Source: Vairimorpha necatrix
Lineage: Eukaryota
Direction: 5' to 3'
Assembly: GCA_036630325.1 (NCBI GenBank)
Contig: CP142735.1
Location: 1,049,814 to 1,069,813 of the forward strand
DNA length: 20,000 bases
The notes beneath the pieces were generated by a model. It did not search any database. It was not told the DNA's origin and was given only the letters and a program-made list of their open reading frames with translations. The translations under genes and the position numbers were made by a program. Shown here piece after piece: positions 11,248 to 17,744 of the stretch; the first letter of the stretch is position 1; the number at the start of each line of letters is the position of its first letter.

Positions 11248-13418
11248 TGGGGGCGATACCTAAAGAAGAGTTCACAAGAGAGGACTGTGGCCAAGTGGTC
11301 AGAAAGATGTTACAGGAGTTAGAGCGTATATTGTATGAATTGGATTTGAGAGATGTGGAGAGAGAGAAATGGAAGAGTGAGCTGTTCAAGTTGGCTTCGA
11401 TGGATTTAAAAGATTTTATTGTGAGAAATATCAAAAAAGAAGAAAATATTGAAGGAATAAGGAAGAAGCTATTGTTAAGGATTAAGGAAGTAGAGGAGGA
11501 AGAAAAGATATATGAGGAAATGAGAAAAATTATTTCTAGGACTATAAATGAAGAAATTAGTAGAGAACAACCAATACAAAAATCGAGAGTACCGAGATGC
11601 TTCTATTGTGATAGACAAGGGCATAGGGTGTTTGAATGCAGACTGAAGATTAATAGAGATAATTATTATAAAAAGAATAACAAGGATAACAGTTGCAAAA
11701 TGGAAGTAGGTAGTGAATCAGAGTCAAGTCAGGAGCGAGATTTTAGAAGATCAAAAAGAGGACTTAGAGTCAAATATGAGAAAAATCAAAAAGAATATGC
11801 CGTTAAAGAGGAGAGTAAGAGAATCAGATTAAATTTAGATAAGTATGCTAAGAGTTTTGGAGAGGTTTTTAAGTTAGGAAAAGAGGAGATAAAATATTGT
11901 AAACTGGAAAAATGTAAAATTAATACTGAAGCGGGTATGAAGGTATTTAAAAAGGGACAAATGGTTCCGCAGGCGTTGATAAAAGATACAGAGCTACATC
12001 TAGAAGATTTATTAAAAAGGAAAGTGATAAGAGAGTTAAATTCAAGTTGGAGGAATCCTATAAGGTCAATCAGAAAGCCAAATGGTGAGATAAGACTGGT
12101 TAGTAATTTGATGGCATTGAACGATATTGTAGAAAAGGACGAGTATAGATTGTCTAACATAAGAGATGTTGTAAGAGCTACACAAGGTGCAAAATATATG
12201 ACGGTTTTCGACTTAAAAGAGGCCTTCTATAGTATTGAGATAGAGGAGGAGGATAAACATAAGACGGCGTTTGATTTTAATGGCAAGGTTTATGAATGGA
12301 ACTCTATGGTTATGGGATATAAGAATAGCCCGCAGATATTGCAGAGAATTATGGATAGGATTTTTAGAGATATGAAAGGCAAAGGAGTAGAGGTGTATAT
12401 GGACGATATTGTGTTGTACAGCCGAACGATAGGAGAACACGAGCAATTAGTGAAAAGGGTATTAAATAGACTGAAGGAAAACAATATGAAGCTGAATGCA
12501 AATAAAGTTCAGTTTTGTCAACGTGAAGTTAAATTATTGGGAGTCACTTTAAATGGAGAAGATATAATACCGTCAGAGATAAAGAAAAATGAAGCCCTAG
12601 AGTTTCCGATACCAACATGCGTGTCAGATGTACGAAGATTTTTAGGAATGACGGGTTGGTTCAGAGATTTTATTAAGAATTACGCTGGATTGACAGTTAG
12701 GTTGACAGATAGTTTAAAAGGGAAGAATGATAATTGGAAGTGGACGGATGATATGAAAAACGAGTTTAATAATTTAAAAGAAGTATTGAAAGGCCTAGGA
12801 AAGCTGCGAATAGCAGACTATGATAAAGAATTTTTGTTGAGGACTGACGCTAGTAATGTAGGCATGGGCGCAGTACTGTTACAGAAAAATAATCAAGGAG
12901 AATGGGTGCCAGTACAGTGGGCGTCTAAGAAGTTTACCGTTACGGAAGTTAATTATGGTATATCAGAAAAAGAAATGTACGCAGTTTTTTGGGGCGTTAA
13001 AAAGTTTGAATATGAATTAAGAGGTAGGAAATTTAGAATAGAAACTGATCATAAAGCGTTGGGCGAAATAAGAAACAAGCCCGACTTTAAGAATGCTAGA
13101 ATTAATAGATGGGTCGAGAAGATTCAGGAATTTGATTTCGTGATAGAATATAGAACTCCAGAAAATATGGTCGTAGCCGATGCGCTAAGTAGGGTATATA
13201 CAAAAGAAAAAGATGCAAAGAAAAAGAGAAATGAAATACGCCGTGATAGACAAAAAGAAGGGAAAAGAAATAAGCATGTAAAAATTGTAGAAGGTAAAGA
13301 ATACTGGGTATTTGATAGTGGTAGAGAAGGCGAGATGCCTTTGGAACAAGACAGAGAGATTAATAATGGATTGTCATGTCAATTTGAGCCACAGAAGCAG
13401 AACAACGGTATATTATGA
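11232..13418 (+). CDS. Gag-RT-RNase H polyprotein of element B (no protease); frameshifts into integrase near 13355
   Basis: Motifs: CFYCDRQGHRVFEC (11598-11639), FDLKEAFYSI, YEWNSMVMGYKNSPQILQR, YMDD (12396-12407), RTDASNVGMGAVL...TDHKAL...ADALSR. Confidence 0.92.
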   Translation: MLSTYMGAIPKEEFTREDCGQVVRKMLQELERILYELDLRDVEREKWKSELFKLASMDLKDFIVRNIKKEENIEGIRKKLLLRIKEVEEEEKIYEEMRKIISRTINEEISREQPIQKSRVPRCFYCDRQGHRVFECRLKINRDNYYKKNNKDNSCKMEVGSESESSQERDFRRSKRGLRVKYEKNQKEYAVKEESKRIRLNLDKYAKSFGEVFKLGKEEIKYCKLEKCKINTEAGMKVFKKGQMVPQALIKDTELHLEDLLKRKVIRELNSSWRNPIRSIRKPNGEIRLVSNLMALNDIVEKDEYRLSNIRDVVRATQGAKYMTVFDLKEAFYSIEIEEEDKHKTAFDFNGKVYEWNSMVMGYKNSPQILQRIMDRIFRDMKGKGVEVYMDDIVLYSRTIGEHEQLVKRVLNRLKENNMKLNANKVQFCQREVKLLGVTLNGEDIIPSEIKKNEALEFPIPTCVSDVRRFLGMTGWFRDFIKNYAGLTVRLTDSLKGKNDNWKWTDDMKNEFNNLKEVLKGLGKLRIADYDKEFLLRTDASNVGMGAVLLQKNNQGEWVPVQWASKKFTVTEVNYGISEKEMYAVFWGVKKFEYELRGRKFRIETDHKALGEIRNKPDFKNARINRWVEKIQEFDFVIEYRTPENMVVADALSRVYTKEKDAKKKRNEIRRDRQKEGKRNKHVKIVEGKEYWVFDSGREGEMPLEQDREINNGLSCQFEPQKQNNGIL
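11248..11256 (+). promoter_or_regulatory. Primer-binding site of element B (TGGGGGCGA, tRNA-Pro-like)
   Basis: It directly abuts the 5' LTR. TGGGGGC is the classic start of tRNA-Pro PBSs; the host tRNA was not checked. Confidence 0.75.
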
Positions 13419-14274
13419 GTTGAGGAAACAGTATTATTGGCCAGGAATTAAGGATCAGATCGAAAAGGTCCTTAAGAATTGCGAGACTTGTCAGATTTTT
13501 AATAGAAAAACGAGTGGCGGTACTGATTTAGTGAACACGACAAGATATTTAGAGAAGGTTGGCTTAGATTTAATAGAATTTAGGGATGAGAAAGCGTTTA
13601 TTGTTTTGGCAGTTGATTACTTTACAAGGAGATTATGGGGCAGAGTATTGAAGAGCAAGCACGCATATGGAATTGCCGAATTTATCAAGGATTTGTGTAA
13701 ACAGGGTAGAAAACCAGAGGAAATCATTACGGATAATGGTAAAGAGTTTTGCAACGAAAAAGTTACCGAGCTATGTAGAAATTTGGATATTAGTCATAGA
13801 AAGGTCAGCGTTGAGTCGCACAGAAGTAATGGAAGAGTAGAAAGAGTTATTAGAACTGTAAGAGATAGTATTTTAAAGAGCCAAAAAGAGAAATTCGAGA
13901 ACAAGGTTTATGAAGCTATTGAGAAATATAATTTAAGTTTTCATGCTGGTATTAAGTGCACGCCAGTAGAAGCTTTAACCGATAATACAGAAAATGTTAG
14001 TATGAAGAATAGTCCAGAGGGAAAGTATGCCCAACAGTTCAAAAGTTGGTTTAGAGAAAAGTTCAAAAGGAACCAGATAGTTAGGGTTGCCAAGAATGAG
14101 AATTTAAAGGGATGTAGTAAGTATAGTAAGGGTCGATTTTTAGACATGGGAAGAGTGATTGAGCTATGTCCAGGGGATTCATATATAGTGAGATTAGAGA
14201 ATGGAAGGTTGGTGAAAAAAAGGCATTATGATCTTAAAGGTGTAGTGGATTTAAAGTATGTTGAAGGAGGCTAA
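13312..14274 (+). CDS. Integrase of element B (homology starts ~13351, after the frameshift)
   Basis: HVNLSH...CETC zinc finger; GLDLI, ITDNG and RVERV with exactly 35 residues between the second D and the E (DD35E); stop at 14272-14274 just before the PPT. Confidence 0.92.
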   Translation: MIVVEKARCLWNKTERLIMDCHVNLSHRSRTTVYYELRKQYYWPGIKDQIEKVLKNCETCQIFNRKTSGGTDLVNTTRYLEKVGLDLIEFRDEKAFIVLAVDYFTRRLWGRVLKSKHAYGIAEFIKDLCKQGRKPEEIITDNGKEFCNEKVTELCRNLDISHRKVSVESHRSNGRVERVIRTVRDSILKSQKEKFENKVYEAIEKYNLSFHAGIKCTPVEALTDNTENVSMKNSPEGKYAQQFKSWFREKFKRNQIVRVAKNENLKGCSKYSKGRFLDMGRVIELCPGDSYIVRLENGRLVKKRHYDLKGVVDLKYVEGG

Positions 14275-14280
14275 CCGTCT

Positions 14281-14290
14281 GGAGGGGGGA
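14281..14290 (+). promoter_or_regulatory. Polypurine tract of element B
   Basis: GGAGGGGGGA immediately precedes the 3' LTR and is identical to the PPT of element C. Confidence 0.9.
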
Positions 14291-14339
14291 TTTTATAATC
14301 AGTTATAATATTAAACCCTAATTATGTTAAGCACTTATA
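14291..14339 (+). repeat. 3' LTR of element B (49 bp)
   Basis: 48/49 identical to the 5' LTR (TT instead of TG at the start); followed by the TATAT TSD. Confidence 0.9.
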
Positions 14340-14441
14340 TATATAACAAATTAAAGAAGTAATTTCATACTTTTACAATATAATATTACATAAATTAAAT
14401 TCGCAGAATTACACCAAAAATACTTTGTGTTTTAATTATAA

Positions 14442-14479
14442 TGTTATAGTTTAACCTCCTATTAAATAAATGTATAACA
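14442..14479 (+). repeat. 5' LTR of element C (38 bp)
   Basis: TGTTATAGTTTAACCTCCTATTAAATAAATGTATAACA has a perfect 7-bp terminal inverted repeat (TGTTATA/TATAACA) and is followed directly by TGGCAAACAC. Confidence 0.87.
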
Positions 14480-17400
14480 TGGCAAACACAAAAGACTAAA
14501 GGGTAACAAGTGATACCTGTGTTTAAGAGAAGAGAAATTACTAAAAGAAGCTCAGAGAGTAGAAGCAATCATCAGAATGCAGAATGATGTAAAAGATGTA
14601 AAAGATGTGACAACGAAGCAGTCGATAAAACAAGAATTCTGAACTTCAGGATTTTATTATTGATAAAAATTTAATTAGTATGATAAATTGGAATGATATT
14701 ATTGATGAAATTGATAAATTAGTTGTGAAGAGAAGAAGAATAAGAACAAGGAAAAAATAGGAGTAAAGAACTAGAAGATATGGTAGAGGTTATGAAAGTA
14801 AAATTAAAAAGAAGATTAAATGATAACTGACTCAGACTGTAGCAGTGCCAGGAAGAAACTTTCAATATCAAAGACGAGAAGAAAAACATTGTTTTATATG
14901 TGGAAGAATTATACATATAGCTAGAGGTTGTATGGTGCGTAAAAAAAGAAAGGAAGAGGATAATGAAAATAAAAGTGATAAATATTTTGGCATTTGTGAT
15001 AATAGTAAAATGAAAATATTAAAAAAAAAAATATTTTAAATTAAGACTACCAGTGGAGGTAGAAAGATAGAACTCAAACAACGTTTTTATGTGGAAAAAA
15101 ACTGCAATAAAAAGAGAAAAATATTAATAAATATAAAGAATTTGAAGGAAAATTTTTTGAGGTATTAGGAAAATACGATGGGAAAATAAAATACTTAACA
15201 GGATGAAAATGTTCTATCAAAACAAAACAAGGAGTGAAAGTAGTTATAAAAAGACAAAATAGTTCTTAAAATTCGAGAAAAGTTAAAAAAGTATATTAAT
15301 TTTTTAGAAAGTAGAGGTATTATCAGAAGGACAAAGAGCGAATGAAGAAGCCTAATAAAGCACATAGAAAAACCAAATTTTAATGTACAATTGAAAAGCA
15401 ATTTGATGAATTTAAATGAACTGGTTTAAAAAGATCCTATGAATTGCCATTATTTAGAGACATTATTAACGCAACGCAAGGTTCTAAAGTATTTATGGTT
15501 ATAGACCTAAACGAAGGATCCTATCATATAGAAATTGAGAAAGCTCAAAAGCAAAAGACAGCTTTTGAGATAAATGTTAGAGTTTACGAATGGAATAGCA
15601 TGGTAATGAGATTTAAAAATCTTCATATATTATGTAAAAAGTGATGAACGGAGTTTTAGATAAGTTTAGAGGCAAGGTGTTGAGGTGTACATGAATGATA
15701 ATATTATTTATGCAAGAGATAGTAATATACACGAAAATTTTTTAAAACAAGTAATTCAAAAAATTAATTAATGTGGATTAATAGAAACAGAAAAAAGATA
15801 CAGTATAAAGGAGAAGTATCACTACTATGAGTAACAATTAACGGAAAAGACATTGAACTTAACGAAATTAAATTGCAAGAAACATTAGATTTAGAAGGCC
15901 TAACAAAATGAAAGAGCTTAAGAGATTTTGGGGGTGGCAGGCTGGTTTAGAGATTTATTCCCAATTATGCTTATCGGGCAGCACGTCTTACAGAAGCACT
16001 AAAAAAAATAGTAAATGGGATTGTCCTGAAGAATGAAAGGCTTTATGGAAATCAAAATGGGTTTGAAGATTATGAAAAAATTAAAAATAGTAGATAGTAA
16101 AAAAATGTATAGAGTATGAACGGATCCATGCGATACGGTAATTGGAGCCATACTTATGCAAGAGACAAGAAAGGTTGATTCCGAAACAATGAGCATCAAA
16201 AATGTTAAAACCAACAGATAAAAAGTATACGATTAGTGAAAAAGAGATGTTGGCAGCGTTATTTGGAATAAAGTAATTCGAGTCAGATTTGGGGGAAGCA
16301 AATTTCAATAATGATAAATCATAAAGGACTAACCGAGATTAAAAACAAACCGTTTTTCAATAATTACATAATTAATAGAAAGAATAAAAAATACAAGAGT
16401 ATGATTTTACTATTGAATATGTAAAAGGTGAATGGATGCCGTATGTGGATGCTCTTAGTAGACATTTTAAACTAACGAAGTGAAAGAAAGCAGCGAAAGT
16501 AGAAACGGGCTAAAAATAAATGAAAAGAAAAGAAAAAAAGCACATGGTTAAAAGAGAAGGCAAAAACTATTGGAAGTTCACAACAGGAGAAATTAATAAG
16601 TACTACTCAAAGAAATAAGAGAGACAGAAATTTGTAGAGTTCATGAGGAATTAAATCATCGAATAGTGAAAAAACTTATTATAAGGAAAAACAAAGATTG
16701 TACTGGCCAGGTATTGGACCAGATAACCACAACGCTAAAAAATTGTGAAGTATGTCGCAATAATAACAGAAAAACGACCGGAGGTTTCAATTTTGTTTCA
16801 ATATTTAAGAAATTTATAAAAGTAGCTAACGTATTGAATATTGGGCAAGTAGAAAGATACGTGCTATTAGGGATGGACTACTTTGAACAGGATATGTGAC
16901 GCAAAGATAGAAAATAATGATAGTGAAATTAGTCTAAAACTTTATAAAATGGATATTTGAAACAGATACCTCGATGAATAGATTACGGAAAACATAAGGA
17001 ATTTTTAGTAAGAATTTTGTAACTTGGTGTATTGAAAACGAAATTATGCAATGGAAAGTAGGTTCAGAAGCTCATAGGAGTAATTGAAGAATATTACAAT
17101 GTATAAGAACAATAAGGGAATCGATGATCAATCAAAAAGAAAGAAACCCAGAGGAAAAACTAGAACAAGCTGTAAGAACCTATAATAACACTCTACACAG
17201 CGATATAAAATACACTCATGGAAGCATGGAAAGAACAAAAAAAAGAAGTCTTAATTGAAAACGATACAAACGGTGTGTATGCAAGTAAGTTTAAACAAAG
17301 GCATAGAGAATAATTTGAAGTAGATCAGGCTGTGAGAATCGCAAGATAAAAAACTTGTGTAAGAAGATGAAAAGTATGAAAGGAAGATTTACAAATGTTT

Positions 17401-17524
17401 GTAAAATAATGGGAAAGTGTAGGAATGATTCTTATATTATAAGGACTGATAGCGGAAGATACATTAAGAAACGTAATATGACCTAAAAGATTTTAAAATG
17501 GAAAATTAGAAGCTTGTAACGTGA
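14470..17524 (+). pseudogene. Degraded gag-RT-RNase H-integrase of element C (many stops and frameshifts)
   Basis: Relics in order: CFICGRIIHIARGC (14890-14931), IDLNEGSYHIEI, YEWNSMVM, YMND (15688-15699), YTISEKEMLA, LKNCEVCRNNNRKTTGG, SEAHRSN. All are collinear with element B. Confidence 0.9.
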
Positions 17525-17536
17525 GACTACCCGTTT

Positions 17537-17546
17537 GGAGGGGGGA
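17537..17546 (+). promoter_or_regulatory. Polypurine tract of element C
   Basis: GGAGGGGGGA immediately before the 3' LTR. Confidence 0.88.
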
Positions 17547-17584
17547 TATTAAGGTGAACTTTCCTATTAAATAAATGTATAACA
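17547..17584 (+). repeat. 3' LTR of element C (38 bp)
   Basis: TATTAAGGTGAACTTTCCTATTAAATAAATGTATAACA ends in CA and is followed by the TATAA TSD. Confidence 0.87.
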
Positions 17585-17744
17585 TATAATCATTAATCTG
17601 AAAAAAAATAATTGAATTAAAAAGATAGTTAGATAAATTTTATCTAAAAATTTTCATTTTTTATTTATTTTAGTTACATATTGATGTAACTGAATTTTTT
17701 TAAACAAAAGATTCAGGAAGTTCTAAGGGCTAAAATCTAACGTG

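Larger units (their letters stand above)
11199..14339 (+). mobile_element. Ty3/gypsy-like LTR retrotransposon B: 3141 bp, 49-bp LTRs, no protease
   Basis: Direct repeats at 11199-11247 and 14291-14339 match at 48/49. A TATAT TSD lies at 11194-11198 and 14340-14344. PBS TGGGGGC at 11248, PPT at 14281-14290, and Gag-CCHC-RT-RH-IN coding. Confidence 0.94.
14442..17584 (+). mobile_element. Decayed Ty3/gypsy-like LTR retrotransposon C, same family architecture as B: 3143 bp, 38-bp LTRs
   Basis: LTRs at 14442-14479 and 17547-17584 match at 30/38, with the last 23 bp identical. A TATAA TSD lies at 14437-14441 and 17585-17589. TGG PBS at 14480, PPT at 17537-17546, and coding relics collinear with B. 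Confidence 0.9.

Noticed and set aside
14340-14348. Extending B's 3' LTR to TATAACA (14348) to give a canonical CA end inverted to TGTTATA
   Set aside because: The 5' LTR lacks these bases and the TATAT TSD would be lost, so a TG...TA element fits better. Other copies should be checked.
14586-14610. GATGTAAAA repeated about 2.7 times
   Set aside because: A trivial local duplication within the decayed gag of C.
226-16308. Minus-strand ORFs over the elements (226-468, 2728-2913, 3204-3605, 11243-11434, 11786-12160, 12213-12484, 13941-14147, 14719-14916, 15195-15401, 15999-16308)
   Set aside because: They are F/L/S/I-rich antisense shadows of purine-rich gag-pol sequence with no motifs. There is no support for env or accessory genes.
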